Notes: generated from the letters alone by a model not told the origin. DNA of 64,000 nt from Vicinamibacteria bacterium (GCA_963555995.3 OY821641.1:1056001-1120000), one strand, 5' to 3'. Counted from the stretch's first letter, positions 32,848 to 42,648 are shown. Translations and numbers: made by a program.

Positions 32848-32869
32848 CACAAATTGCCGGCAATTTGTG
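32848..32869. promoter_or_regulatory. Perfect 22-bp palindrome, candidate operator
   Basis: CACAAATTGCCGGCAATTTGTG; AT-rich relative to its surroundings; intergenic. Confidence 0.45.
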
Positions 32870-33004
32870 CCATTTCGCGTCGAACTTTCCGACCATGACG
32901 ACGGCGCGCGGGTTCGCGGTGCTTCTCGGCGCCGGTCTCCGAGGGCGACCGAGCCCGGTCGAGTGTTGGATCGGCGAGCCTCGGGTGCGGCGGATCGCCG
33001 CCGG

Positions 33005-33745
33005 TCACCTGGAGCCGCGCGTGACCCGGCGACGAAGCAGCGGCAGGAGGTGTCCGTTGCCGCTGATGCGGGCGGTTGCGGATAGATGCTCGGGGAGAGT
33101 CGGGTCGGCGCCGTGGTTCATCAGCGCCTCGACCAGACGGGCTTCGCCGCTCAGGAGCGCCAGCCGCAGCGGGTAGCCGAAGTCGTCCGTTGACAGATTC
33201 GGGTCGGCGCCACCGGCGAGGAGGCGTTCGACGATCCGGGCTCGGTGTTCCCGGTCCGGGTCGGAGCCATATTCGACGCCCGGCGCCTGCGGCGGGGGGA
33301 CCATTTCGATGTCCGCACCGCCGGCCTGTGCCTTCCCGGCGGCGACGAACAGCAGGGGGATGAAGACGGTCTGCAAAGGACGCAGGTCCCCGCAGACGAG
33401 GTTCGGGTCGGCGTTCCCGTCGAGCAGCACCCGGACGGCTTCGGGGTTACCCGCCATCGCTGCGGTCGCGAGCGGCGACACGCCGCCAGCATCGCAGCCG
33501 TTGATCCGCGCGGGTTCGGCGGCTCGCAACTCCGGAATCCCGTCGTTCCCGGTCTGCCACGCGGCGCGCACCAGGCTGTTGTCCGAGTCGGCGGGATTCG
33601 CGAATTCTCCTCCGCGTCCCGGAGTCATGTCCACGAAACACCGCTGGCCGCTGACGAGCGGCACTGCGAGACAGCAGGCCAGAACCAGTCCGCCGCGTGA
33701 TGGGGGATGCCCGCAACGTGGGGCGAACCGGTTTTTGCCGACCAT
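33005..33745 (-). CDS. Ankyrin-repeat protein, probably exported
   Basis: GVSPLATAAMAGNPEAVRVLLDGNADPN, IVERLLAGGADPN and LVEALMNHGADP repeats. Confidence 0.8.
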   Translation of the reverse strand: MVGKNRFAPRCGHPPSRGGLVLACCLAVPLVSGQRCFVDMTPGRGGEFANPADSDNSLVRAAWQTGNDGIPELRAAEPARINGCDAGGVSPLATAAMAGNPEAVRVLLDGNADPNLVCGDLRPLQTVFIPLLFVAAGKAQAGGADIEMVPPPQAPGVEYGSDPDREHRARIVERLLAGGADPNLSTDDFGYPLRLALLSGEARLVEALMNHGADPTLPEHLSATARISGNGHLLPLLRRRVTRGSR

Positions 33746-33791
33746 GCGCTCAGGTTACCGGAGAGCTCCGGTTTCGCGCCGCCGCGCGGCT

Positions 33792-34110
33792 CCCACCGGG
33801 ATAGAGCCCCATGATCGGGTCCTCCGGCACGCGCCGCCTGTCACGAAAACGGCGGAAACGGCTTGGAACGCCGGCTTCAGCCGGCACAGCGGGCCGAAGG
33901 CCCGCGGATGTCGTGCCACTGTTCGCGGTGATGCGTCGCGAGCCGAGCGCCATCGCGCGGCTCGGCATCGTGCCGTGCGCTGCGCTCCGCGCAGCGCGTG
34001 CCGGCTGAAGCCGGCGTTCCAAGCCGTTCCTGCGGCCAGGCGGAGCGAGGCGGTGCGGTTTCGCGGCCCTCTCGGGCCGCGATGCCGGCCGGAGGCCGGC
34101 GCTCCGAGGC
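33792..34110. repeat. REPIN-like element (single-unit homolog of 23371-23630)
   Basis: Inverted TGGAACGCCGGCTTCAGCCGGCAC pair and shared GGGCCGAAGGCCCGCGGA...GCGGTGATG core. Confidence 0.82.
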
Positions 34111-34143
34111 CACTGTCCCGTCCCTTAGAATCGCGCGCTTCCG

Positions 34144-35613
34144 ATGGCTGATTTCGACACCGTGGTTCGGGGCGGGACGGTGGTGACCGCCGATGGCGTG
34201 CGGTCGGCGGATGTCGGGATCTCGGGCGGGGTGGTCCGGGCCGTCGAGCCGGGGCTGGGACGCGGCGAGGAGGAACTCTCCGCGAAGGGCCGGCTGGTCA
34301 TTCCGGGGGGGGTGGACGCGCATACCCACATCGAGCAGAAGTCCTCGATGGGGCTGATGTGCGCCGACGACTACCACTCGGGGACCGTTTCGGCGGTCTG
34401 CGGGGGGACGACGACCGTCCTCTCGTTCGCCGTCCAGGGGAAGGGCGCGTCGCCGCGGGAGGTGGTGGCCGCCTACCACGCGGCGGCGGGGCCGAAGGCG
34501 GTCTCCGACTACGGGTTCCACCTCATCGTCGCCGATCCGACGCCGCGGGCCCTCGAAGAGGAGATCCCGGAGCTTGTCGCCCAGGGGGTCGTCTCCTTCA
34601 AGATCTACATGACCTACGACCTGGTGCGTCTCGACGACCGCCAGTTCCTCGACGTGCTGGCGGCGGCGCGGCGCATGGGCGCCCTCACCATGGTCCACGC
34701 CGAGAACCACGACATGATCGGCTGGCTCTCGGGGCGTCTCGTGGGGGAGGGACACAAGGCCCCCAAGTTCCACGCCGCCGGCCATCCCAAGCTCGCCGAG
34801 AGCGAGGCGACCGGCCGCGCGATTGATCTCGCCGAACTCGTGGACGCGCCGCTCTACATCGTCCACGTCTCCTCGAAGGAGGCCGCGGAGGAGATCGGGG
34901 CCGCGCGCCGGCGCGGGCTCAAGGTGTTCGCCGAGACCTGCCCGCAGTACCTGCTGCTGACCGCCGAGGACCTCGACAAGCCCGGGATGGAAGGGGCGAA
35001 GTTCTGCTGCAGCCCCGCGCCCCGCGACGAGGAGTGCCAGGAGGCGCTCTGGGACGGGATCGTTGACGGCACCTTCGACGTGGTGAGTTCGGACCACGCC
35101 CCCTACAGCTTCGACGACAAGGGGAAGCTGGCGTGGGGGCCCGAGCCGCCGTTCCCCAAGATCTGCAACGGGGTCCCGGGCGTCGAGCTGCGGATGCCGC
35201 TGCTCTTCTCCGAAGGGGTCGGGAAGGCGCGGATCAGCCTCCAGCGCTTCGTCGCGGTCTGCTGCGAGACGCCGGCGCGGCTCTTCGGCTGCTATCCCCG
35301 GAAGGGCACGATCGCTCCCGGAAGCGACGCCGACCTCGCGATCTGGAACCCGGACCAGGTGGTGGACATCCGCTGGGCGGACCTCCACGACCAGGTCGGT
35401 TATTCGCCCTACGAGGGTCGCCAGATCAAGGGATTCCCGGAGACGGTGCTGCGGCGCGGCGAAGTGGTGGTCCGGGACGGCCAGCCGCGCGCCCAGCCGG
35501 GCAGCGGCCGGTTCATCGTCCGGGACCGGCCGAACTCCGCCGAACCGCTCTATCGTCCTTCCTGGTCGGTCGCCCTGGCCCGGAAGTTCGGAGCGGTGGA
35601 CTTCCTGAAGTAG
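34144..35613 (+). CDS. hydA: Dihydropyrimidinase / D-hydantoinase
   Basis: PGGVDAHTH, SFKIYMTY, MVHAEN, VHVS, ETCPQYL and SSDHAPY motifs. Confidence 0.93.
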   Translation: MADFDTVVRGGTVVTADGVRSADVGISGGVVRAVEPGLGRGEEELSAKGRLVIPGGVDAHTHIEQKSSMGLMCADDYHSGTVSAVCGGTTTVLSFAVQGKGASPREVVAAYHAAAGPKAVSDYGFHLIVADPTPRALEEEIPELVAQGVVSFKIYMTYDLVRLDDRQFLDVLAAARRMGALTMVHAENHDMIGWLSGRLVGEGHKAPKFHAAGHPKLAESEATGRAIDLAELVDAPLYIVHVSSKEAAEEIGAARRRGLKVFAETCPQYLLLTAEDLDKPGMEGAKFCCSPAPRDEECQEALWDGIVDGTFDVVSSDHAPYSFDDKGKLAWGPEPPFPKICNGVPGVELRMPLLFSEGVGKARISLQRFVAVCCETPARLFGCYPRKGTIAPGSDADLAIWNPDQVVDIRWADLHDQVGYSPYEGRQIKGFPETVLRRGEVVVRDGQPRAQPGSGRFIVRDRPNSAEPLYRPSWSVALARKFGAVDFLK

Positions 35614-35629
35614 GCGACTTCCGCGTCGC

Positions 35630-37288
35630 TCAGCGCAGCGGCACGGGCGGGCCGAACGCCCGGTCCTCTTCCACCACGATCACCCCGTTCTCCTCCACGT
35701 AGGCGTCCCACGCCGCGAGAAGGTCCGCGAGCACATCGGGCCGCTCCGCGGCGAGGTCGGTCAACTCGCCCGGGTCCTCGTCGAGGTTGTAGAGGGCCCA
35801 GTCGCCCTTCCCGAGGGGCGGCGCCAGCCAGGCGATCTTCCAGGGGCCCCGGCGCATGGCGCGGCGTCCGAAGATCTCCCATCCGGCGGTCGGTTCTTCG
35901 TGGACGGTCACCGTGTCCCCGCGCAGGAGACCGGCGATGGACGTTCCGACGGGCGGGATCCTGTCCTCCGCCGCCGGCATCTCCGCCCCGGCGAGTTCGA
36001 GGAAGGTCGGGAACAGGTCCGTGACGTGGACGAACGCGCCGGTGACGGCCCCCGGGAGGTGGGCGGCTAGCGCCGGCGGAATGACCGCGAAACCCGGGAC
36101 CCGGATCCCTCCCTCGTGGACGAACTGCTTGAAGTAGCGGTAAGGGCCGCTCGCGGCGTCCGCCCATTCCGGGCCGTAGAAGACGAACGAGTCGAGGCGC
36201 CCCATGTTCTCGTAGGAGAGGTCGAACCGCTGGGGAAGGAAGGTCTCGTTGTCGGCGAGCCGGCTGACGTCCTCGCCCGCGGCCCCGTTGTCCGAGAAGA
36301 AGAGGATCAGGGTGTTGTCGAACGCGCCGAGTTCGCGCAGCCCCGCGACGAGCCTGCCGATGTGGTGGTCGAGGCGTTCCACCATCGCGGCGTAAAGCTC
36401 CATCTTGCGGGCTTCGCCCCGGCGCTCCTCTTCGCTCAGGTCGTTCCAGCGCCGGGCGAAGTTGGGCAGCGGAGGAACCTCGGCGTCTTCCGGAATCACC
36501 CCCACGCGCTTCGCGCCCGCGATGCGCCGCTCGGCCAGCGCCTCCCAGCCGTCGTCGTAGTCGCCCGCGTAGAGGTCGAGGAACTCGTCCGGCACCTGGA
36601 GCGGCCAGTGCGGCGCGGTGTAGGTGCCGAGGGCGAAGAACGGCTTTCCGGCCCCGTTCGCTTCCCGGATGTAGGCGATGAGTTCATCCGTGTAGGCCCG
36701 GCTCGAGTAGAAGCCCTCGGGGAGCGGAACGACGTCGCCGTCGCGCCGGTAGCGGATCTCGTCGAGAGTGTCCACGGGCGCGGCGTCCTCGAAGTGGCTC
36801 GCCGCCCCCGGAAGGAGCACGAAGGAGCGGTCGAAACCCCGGTGGGGAGGGCTCTGCTCCGCGGCCTGCCCGAGGTGCCACTTGCCGGCGATCGAGGTGT
36901 GGTAGCCGGCGTCCCGCAGGACGGCGGGAAGGTGGAAGACGTGCTCGTTGAGGTACCCCTCGTAGCCGATCCGGCCCTCGAGGTCGTCGCCCATCAGGCT
37001 CGCCATGCCGCCGAGCCCGGCCCGGTGGTGGTCCACCCCGGAAAGCAGCATCGCCCGGGTCGGCGAGCAGGTGGCGGCGGTGTAGAAGCTCGTGAACCGG
37101 AGCCCGGAGGCGGCCAGGGTGTCCAGGTTCGGGGTGCGGATCTCGCCGCCGAAGGCGCCGATGTCGGTGTAGCCGAGATCGTCGGCGATCAGCACCAGGA
37201 TGTTGGGCGGGGGCGGCGGCGGTTCGGGGTCGCGGCAGGCGGTCAGGAACCCTCCCAGCAGGACGAGCGCGGTGAACAGGGGACGCAT
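35630..37288 (-). CDS. Arylsulfatase (AtsA-like, Cys-type) lipoprotein
   Basis: Lipobox LTAC; ADDLGY, CSPTRAMLLSG, GKWHLG and FSDNG motifs. Confidence 0.93.
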   Translation of the reverse strand: MRPLFTALVLLGGFLTACRDPEPPPPPPNILVLIADDLGYTDIGAFGGEIRTPNLDTLAASGLRFTSFYTAATCSPTRAMLLSGVDHHRAGLGGMASLMGDDLEGRIGYEGYLNEHVFHLPAVLRDAGYHTSIAGKWHLGQAAEQSPPHRGFDRSFVLLPGAASHFEDAAPVDTLDEIRYRRDGDVVPLPEGFYSSRAYTDELIAYIREANGAGKPFFALGTYTAPHWPLQVPDEFLDLYAGDYDDGWEALAERRIAGAKRVGVIPEDAEVPPLPNFARRWNDLSEEERRGEARKMELYAAMVERLDHHIGRLVAGLRELGAFDNTLILFFSDNGAAGEDVSRLADNETFLPQRFDLSYENMGRLDSFVFYGPEWADAASGPYRYFKQFVHEGGIRVPGFAVIPPALAAHLPGAVTGAFVHVTDLFPTFLELAGAEMPAAEDRIPPVGTSIAGLLRGDTVTVHEEPTAGWEIFGRRAMRRGPWKIAWLAPPLGKGDWALYNLDEDPGELTDLAAERPDVLADLLAAWDAYVEENGVIVVEEDRAFGPPVPLR

Positions 37289-37394
37289 CGCGCGATTATG
37301 GAACGCCAGCCGCGCGGGACGACGGGACTGGCGCGCCGGCCCGTGCGCAACGATGACCGGGGCCGCTGCGGGACGAGACGTGTCTGACGGCCGA

Positions 37395-37433
37395 GGTAAG
37401 AATCTTGCCGGTAAGAATTGTCCGAGTCATACT
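37395..37433 (+). promoter_or_regulatory. Putative vapBC promoter/operator
   Basis: GGTAAGAAT twice, imperfect palindrome GGTAAG-AAT-CTTGCC, and a CATACT -10-like box 7 nt before ATG 37441. Confidence 0.5.
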
Positions 37434-37440
37434 ATGGAGC

Positions 37441-37676
37441 ATGAAGATCACCACGAAAGGACAGGTCACCATTCCACAGCACCTGAGGCGCAAGCTGGGG
37501 CTTTTTCCGGGGACGGATTCCCGGTCCGCTTCGAGGAGGGTGACGGGGTCGCCGTGATCCGCTCGACGATGACCAAGCAGGAACTCATCGAGGAGAGGAT
37601 TCGGAGGGTCACCGGAACCGCGGACCAGGGCCTTTCGACGGACGAGATCATGCGCCTCACGCGCGGCGAGGACTGA
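37441..37676 (+). pseudogene. AbrB/MazE-type antitoxin (VapB) with a frameshift near 37516-37523
   Basis: MKITTKGQVTIPQHLRRKLGLFPGT stops at 37557; the continuation VRFEEGDG...LSTDEIMRLTRGED is in another frame. Confidence 0.8.
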
Positions 37677-38084
37677 TTGTTTCTCGCCGATTCGAACGTA
37701 CTGCTCGACATCCTGACCGACGACCCCCTCTGGGGATCCTGGTCCAAGGAGGCCGTTCGGGATGCGATCCTCCTGGGAGCGGTGGGAATCAACCCGATCA
37801 TCTATGCGGAGATTTCTTCGGGGTACGGGGATTCGGCTGCCCTCGATGCCTGCCTCGAAGAGCTGGACCTGGCTCGCTGGTCCCTCCCGTACGAGGCAGC
37901 TTTCCTTGCGGGCCACGCGTTCGTTCGGTACCGCCGAAGGGGGGGCGCCCGTTCCTCCCCGCTTGCCGATTTCTTCATCGGAGCGCATGCCCAGACGGCG
38001 GATCTCACCGTGCTGACGCGCGACGTGTCCCGGTTGCGCAGCTACTTTCCCTCCGTCCGGCTGATCTCACCGACCGAGCACTGA
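37677..38084 (+). CDS. vapC: VapC PIN-domain toxin
   Basis: LADSNVLLD, IIYAEIS, LADFFIGAHA and LTRD motifs. Confidence 0.9.
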   Translation: MFLADSNVLLDILTDDPLWGSWSKEAVRDAILLGAVGINPIIYAEISSGYGDSAALDACLEELDLARWSLPYEAAFLAGHAFVRYRRRGGARSSPLADFFIGAHAQTADLTVLTRDVSRLRSYFPSVRLISPTEH

Positions 38085-38114
38085 GCACGCCCGGGCCGCT
38101 CCTACAATTCGCGG

Positions 38115-39044
38115 ATGCGCAACCTCCGGGTCGCCGCCGCCCAGGTCGGCGGCATCCAGCCGGACGAGACGAGAACCGAAGTCGTCGGGCGCCTGCTCGA
38201 CCTCATGGAGCGGGCGGCAAGCGCCGGCTGCCGGCTGGTGGTATTCCCCGAGCTCACCCTCACCACCTTCTTCCCCCGCTACTTCCTCGAGGACACGTCG
38301 TCCGCGGACGCGTACTTCGAGACCGCGATGCCCGGGCCGGAAACCCGGCCTCTTTTCGACGCCTCCCGGCGGCTCGGGGTCGGCTTTCACCTCGGATACG
38401 CGGAACGGGTCCGGGAAGGGGACCGCGACCGCCACTTCAACACCGCGGTCCTGGTGGACGCGGGCGAGATCATCGGGAAGTACCGGAAGGTCCACCTCCC
38501 CGGACACGCCGACCACCTTCCCGAAGCGCCGTTCCAGCATCTCGAAAAGCGCTACTTCGAGGTGGGTGACCTCGGATTCCCGGTCTGGCGCGCCTTCGGC
38601 GGGGTGTTCGGGATGTGCATCTGCAACGACCGCCGCTGGCCGGAGACCTACCGGGTGCTCGGGCTCCAGGGCGTCGAGATGATCCTGCTCGGCTACAACA
38701 CCCCGGAGGTGAACATCCACCACCGGGAGCCGGCGCATCTGCGGATGTTCCACCACCGGCTCTCGCTCCAGGCGGGCGCCTACCAGAACGCCACCTGGGT
38801 GGTGGCGGCTGCGAAGTGCGGCGTCGAGGACGGCAGCCGCCTCATCGCCGGCTCGGCGATCGTCTCGCCGAACGGGGAGATCGTGGCCGAATCAGCGGGC
38901 GAGGGGGACGAACTGATCGTCGCCGACTGCGATCTCGACGTGGGGGCCGACCTGAAGCGCCACGTCTTCGATTTCGCCCGCCACCGGCGGACCGAGCACT
39001 ACGGGCTGATTACCGAACGGACCGCGCCGGTCCTGCCGGACTGA
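38115..39044 (+). CDS. N-carbamoyl-D-amino-acid hydrolase (nitrilase superfamily)
   Basis: FPELTLTTFFPR, KYRKVHLPGH, HLEKRYF, ICNDRRWPE and GYNTP motifs. Confidence 0.93.
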   Translation: MRNLRVAAAQVGGIQPDETRTEVVGRLLDLMERAASAGCRLVVFPELTLTTFFPRYFLEDTSSADAYFETAMPGPETRPLFDASRRLGVGFHLGYAERVREGDRDRHFNTAVLVDAGEIIGKYRKVHLPGHADHLPEAPFQHLEKRYFEVGDLGFPVWRAFGGVFGMCICNDRRWPETYRVLGLQGVEMILLGYNTPEVNIHHREPAHLRMFHHRLSLQAGAYQNATWVVAAAKCGVEDGSRLIAGSAIVSPNGEIVAESAGEGDELIVADCDLDVGADLKRHVFDFARHRRTEHYGLITERTAPVLPD

Positions 39045-39201
39045 CGCGCCGGCGTCCCGTCACCCGAATGGCGCCAGGCCGCTGGCGAACTCCACGCGCC
39101 GGACGCCTCCCCTGCGTCCGAGCCCGAATCTCTGTTCGATCTCCTCTGTGCTCACGGTCGACTAGCCTTGCCTGGAAGTCTCCGGACGGTATAACCCTTG
39201 A

Positions 39202-41136
39202 CTATTCGGCTGGCAGAATCATCCGACCAGATTCCATCAATTGAATGACGGATTTCAACATGATGACGGCCATCGGTTTCTGGACACCGTCTCGATGCAG
39301 AAGATGTGTCGTACCTGGGTACTTTCTTCCATCGACATTCTCCTCCCTGAGAACCTCCAACTCATAGCGCTCGAATGTCGAATCAACTGAGGACCAACAC
39401 ACACATATGTCCACCTTGTCGAACTGCTTAGGGCTCTCACCATCCAAGTCCGCAATCAACCCATCCAGATTGTTCTTGAACTCCACCGTAAGATAGTGGG
39501 TCCCAAAAGTTGACGTGTCGCCCAGTACAAAAGGCGAGAGACCCAGAGGACTCTTCTCCGGGTCATAGGACAGTCCTGGCAGGTCCGTGGCACAGTCGAA
39601 GTCCATCAAGCAGTCATATGTCTTGCTCTGACTCGTGGCATAGACTCTCGCCCCTGGAAACACGCCAATTGCACACATTTGATGAAACAGGCCGACAACG
39701 TCCTGTTCCGTTAGTGGCGTGCTCCGGTACCGTATCGGCGGAATATCGAGTGGATTACTCTCGCTATGGTTCCGCACATTGTGCTTCCAGTCTTCATGAT
39801 CCCGTTCCACTTGCCTCAACTTTGGAACATCTTCCTCACCCGGCGGACGCAGGAAGCTGCGTTGCCTAGCAAGGTACTGCACCATCCTGTCCCCAATCCT
39901 CTGGGCAAGCTGCGTCGACTCCGTGTCGATCGTCTTACGTCCATGATCTGGTTTCGCACCGTGGTAGTGAACTATCGCCAAGACATTCTTGGAGAACGTG
40001 ACGAAGCGGGATGGGTCGATGTCGAAGACATCGGCTAACCTCTGACGATTCACGGCGATCAGTAGGCCTGAGTCTAGATGAGTCCGATTCTTGTGCTGTG
40101 TCGCGACTCTGTTCAACTCACCCCATACGCTAGCCTGATAGGGAATAAAGCCATATGAGGTGGGCTTGTACTGTTCCAGCTGTGTCTTATAAGTCGTCCT
40201 CTGATCTTCGGTTAGTTCGCGCACGATGCGATCTTTATCCCAGTGCAAGAAGACGCCATCTTGTCTCTGGAATTGGGAAGGCGGAGCCGATTGCTCGGGA
40301 TGCCTCGCATAGTAGTCGTCTAGGTCAAGAAAACGGAAGGGAGGAAGCCTGACGACTTCATGCGGATACAGAAACGAGGGAGAAATTCTGTGGGTATCTT
40401 CTTGACCGCCGATACGGAGAGTGAGATCAACCTCGATTTCATCGACATCTTCAGAGGACGTGAGCAAGATCTGTCCGACAGCAGTGCGCGTGCGAAGAAT
40501 CACATCCCATACATCGATCGATGCGGCGAGGTGACGTAGACTCTTTGGCCTAGTACGCTGGGAAAATTGTACGCGCACATATGTGCCCTGACTAAGGGAA
40601 TCAAGTGGAGAGGAGTCGCTATCCTCGACCAGAAGAGCCGGCTCATTTCGATTGCCGATGGCCCATGAGTTCCCGTACCGCATTCTCGCTTTCGTGACGA
40701 TTCCTCCTTTCTTGCTGTGAAGGCGAATGTCGTCCGTACTGTACGCAAGAAACGTCATTCCTATTCCCTTATAGCCACGATGTAAGTGTTGCCTCTTGAC
40801 TGGTTTGCCACCGACTGTGGAGGCCGTCTTGAAGGACACATGTGGTGCAAAAGCACAGGCGACTTGATCGGAGTCCATCCCGACACCGGAGTCGAGGAAA
40901 CTGATCCAGTTATCGTCGAGGTCAACAACTACGTGGATCATGTGTGGCCCCTTCAATCCGAGCAGACCTGCATCCTCAACTGCATCGACCGCATTCTGTA
41001 GAGCTTCTGAAGGCACGTCATAGTTGCTGTGATAGCTCTCTAGAACGCCCATAACTGCGCGACGTCTAGCGGCATCGGCGAAGATCGTGTCGGACGCTTG
41101 GAGGGGGTCGAGCGGGAATTTCGTGGGGGAGGGCAT
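39202..41136 (-). CDS. GHKL (Hsp90/MORC-like) ATPase fused to a probable PD-(D/E)XK nuclease; low GC; candidate defence gene
   Basis: EALQNAVDA, DSGVGM, GYKGIG and GT boxes; C-terminal TEQDVVGLF...YDCL...VEFK. Confidence 0.75.
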   Translation of the reverse strand: MPSPTKFPLDPLQASDTIFADAARRRAVMGVLESYHSNYDVPSEALQNAVDAVEDAGLLGLKGPHMIHVVVDLDDNWISFLDSGVGMDSDQVACAFAPHVSFKTASTVGGKPVKRQHLHRGYKGIGMTFLAYSTDDIRLHSKKGGIVTKARMRYGNSWAIGNRNEPALLVEDSDSSPLDSLSQGTYVRVQFSQRTRPKSLRHLAASIDVWDVILRTRTAVGQILLTSSEDVDEIEVDLTLRIGGQEDTHRISPSFLYPHEVVRLPPFRFLDLDDYYARHPEQSAPPSQFQRQDGVFLHWDKDRIVRELTEDQRTTYKTQLEQYKPTSYGFIPYQASVWGELNRVATQHKNRTHLDSGLLIAVNRQRLADVFDIDPSRFVTFSKNVLAIVHYHGAKPDHGRKTIDTESTQLAQRIGDRMVQYLARQRSFLRPPGEEDVPKLRQVERDHEDWKHNVRNHSESNPLDIPPIRYRSTPLTEQDVVGLFHQMCAIGVFPGARVYATSQSKTYDCLMDFDCATDLPGLSYDPEKSPLGLSPFVLGDTSTFGTHYLTVEFKNNLDGLIADLDGESPKQFDKVDICVCWSSVDSTFERYELEVLREENVDGRKYPGTTHLLHRDGVQKPMAVIMLKSVIQLMESGRMILPAE

Positions 41137-41288
41137 CAGGCGGCGACTATAGAACAGTGCTGGGCACTAGAGACAGTTTTCGCTGAGAAGGGCGGAGTTG
41201 CGTGGCGGCCCATTGGACAGATGGTGTTCTTGGGATCTCTGGCCGTGTCGCGCTCAGGTGAAGGTTCCGCGGAGAAGCCGGTCTCTCT

Positions 41289-41960
41289 CTAGGCCGGCAG
41301 CACCGCCCGGCCGCCCAGCCGCCGGATCAGCCGCACCAGCGGCCAGAGGAGCGCCAGGTAGAGCAGCGCGGCGAGGATCAGCGGCGACGGGTTGAAGTGG
41401 ACGCCCTGCGCCACCCGCGCCATCCGCAGCAGGTCCGGGAGCGCCACCACGCTCGCCAGCGAGGTCAGCTTCACGGCCTCCAGCGTGTTCCCCGCGAGGT
41501 CGGGCAGGACGTTCCTTACCCCCTGCGGCAGGATCACGTGGCGGAGGGTCGCGGCGGTCCCGAGCCCGGTGGAGCGCGCCGCCTCCCACTGGGTCGGCTC
41601 GATGCTCAGGATGCCCGCGCGCAGAATCTCGCCGTAGTAGGTCGAGGTGTTGATGGTGAGCGCGATCCCGACCCCGAGGAGCGGCGGCGGTTCGATGCCG
41701 AGGAACGGCAGGCCGTGGACGATAAGGACAAGCAGCACCAGCGGCGGAAACGCCCGCACCACGTCCACCCCCCACGAGAGCACGCGGGCGCGCCAGCCCG
41801 GCGCCAGGGTCTGCGTTAGCGCCAACCCCGCACCGAAGAACAGCCCGCCGGGGATCACGATCAGGCACGCCTGGACCGTGACCCACAGTCCCCGCAGCAG
41901 CAACCCGGAGCTCTCCGCCATCACCCCGGGGTTCAGGAAGGTCTGGAAGAACTCGGACAC
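41289..41960 (-). CDS. Polar amino-acid ABC transporter permease
   Basis: EILRAGILSI..TQWEAARSTGL EAA loop; KLTSLASVV. Confidence 0.93.
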   Translation of the reverse strand: MSEFFQTFLNPGVMAESSGLLLRGLWVTVQACLIVIPGGLFFGAGLALTQTLAPGWRARVLSWGVDVVRAFPPLVLLVLIVHGLPFLGIEPPPLLGVGIALTINTSTYYGEILRAGILSIEPTQWEAARSTGLGTAATLRHVILPQGVRNVLPDLAGNTLEAVKLTSLASVVALPDLLRMARVAQGVHFNPSPLILAALLYLALLWPLVRLIRRLGGRAVLPA

Positions 41961-41966
41961 GACGGG

Positions 41967-42635
41967 TCAGCGGATGTGGAAGCGGGTCTCCAGCCAGCGG
42001 CCGATGCGGACGAGGGGCAGGAAGAGCGCCACGTACACGCCGGCGGCGAGCAGCAGCGGCGCCGGGCTCGCGGTCTGGGCCTGGATGCTCGCGGCCTGGT
42101 TGAGCACCTCGGGGACCGCGACCACCGAGGCGAGGGCGGTGTTCTTGCCGGTGGCGATGGCCCGGTTGGTCAGCGGAGGGATCGTCAGGCGGACCGCCTG
42201 CGGCAGCACCACCCGGCGGAAGGCCTCGCCGCGGCTCAGCCCGGTGGAGAGCGCCGCTTCCCACTGGCCCCGGTTCACCGAGGTGATGCCGGCCCAGAAG
42301 ATCTCCTCGGCGGAAGCGCCGAGCACCAGCCCCAGCGCCACGAAGGCCGCCATGAAGCCGCTCAGCTCGATGCCGGCGAAGGGAGCCGCGAAGTAGAGGA
42401 CCACCAGCAGCACGAGCGGCGGCAGGGCGCGGAAGACATCGGCGTAGGCGGCGATCAGGCCGCCCACCGGGCGGAGCGGCGCCCCCCGGAGGAGCGCCCG
42501 GACGGTGGCCAGCACCAGTCCCAGCGCAACGCCGGCGGCGATCGAGGACAGCGCGAGCCCGAGGGTCACGCCGATCCCCGACCGGATGCCCGGCCAGGCG
42601 GCGGCGAGGACCTCCGGGTCGAAGAAGATGCGCAC
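41967..42635 (-). CDS. Polar amino-acid ABC transporter permease
   Basis: GQWEAALSTGL, VVLPQA and KNTALASVV motifs. Confidence 0.93.
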   Translation of the reverse strand: MRIFFDPEVLAAAWPGIRSGIGVTLGLALSSIAAGVALGLVLATVRALLRGAPLRPVGGLIAAYADVFRALPPLVLLVVLYFAAPFAGIELSGFMAAFVALGLVLGASAEEIFWAGITSVNRGQWEAALSTGLSRGEAFRRVVLPQAVRLTIPPLTNRAIATGKNTALASVVAVPEVLNQAASIQAQTASPAPLLLAAGVYVALFLPLVRIGRWLETRFHIR

Positions 42636-42648
42636 GCGGCGAACGCCG

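Noticed and set aside
37200-37676. 158-aa ORF as the true antitoxin
   Set aside because: Its N-terminal part overlaps the sulfatase start and has no family motif; the AbrB signature is in a different frame starting at 37441.
39045-41288. Transposon or prophage boundaries around the low-GC gene
   Set aside because: I found no terminal repeats, target duplication, tRNA or recombinase by eye.
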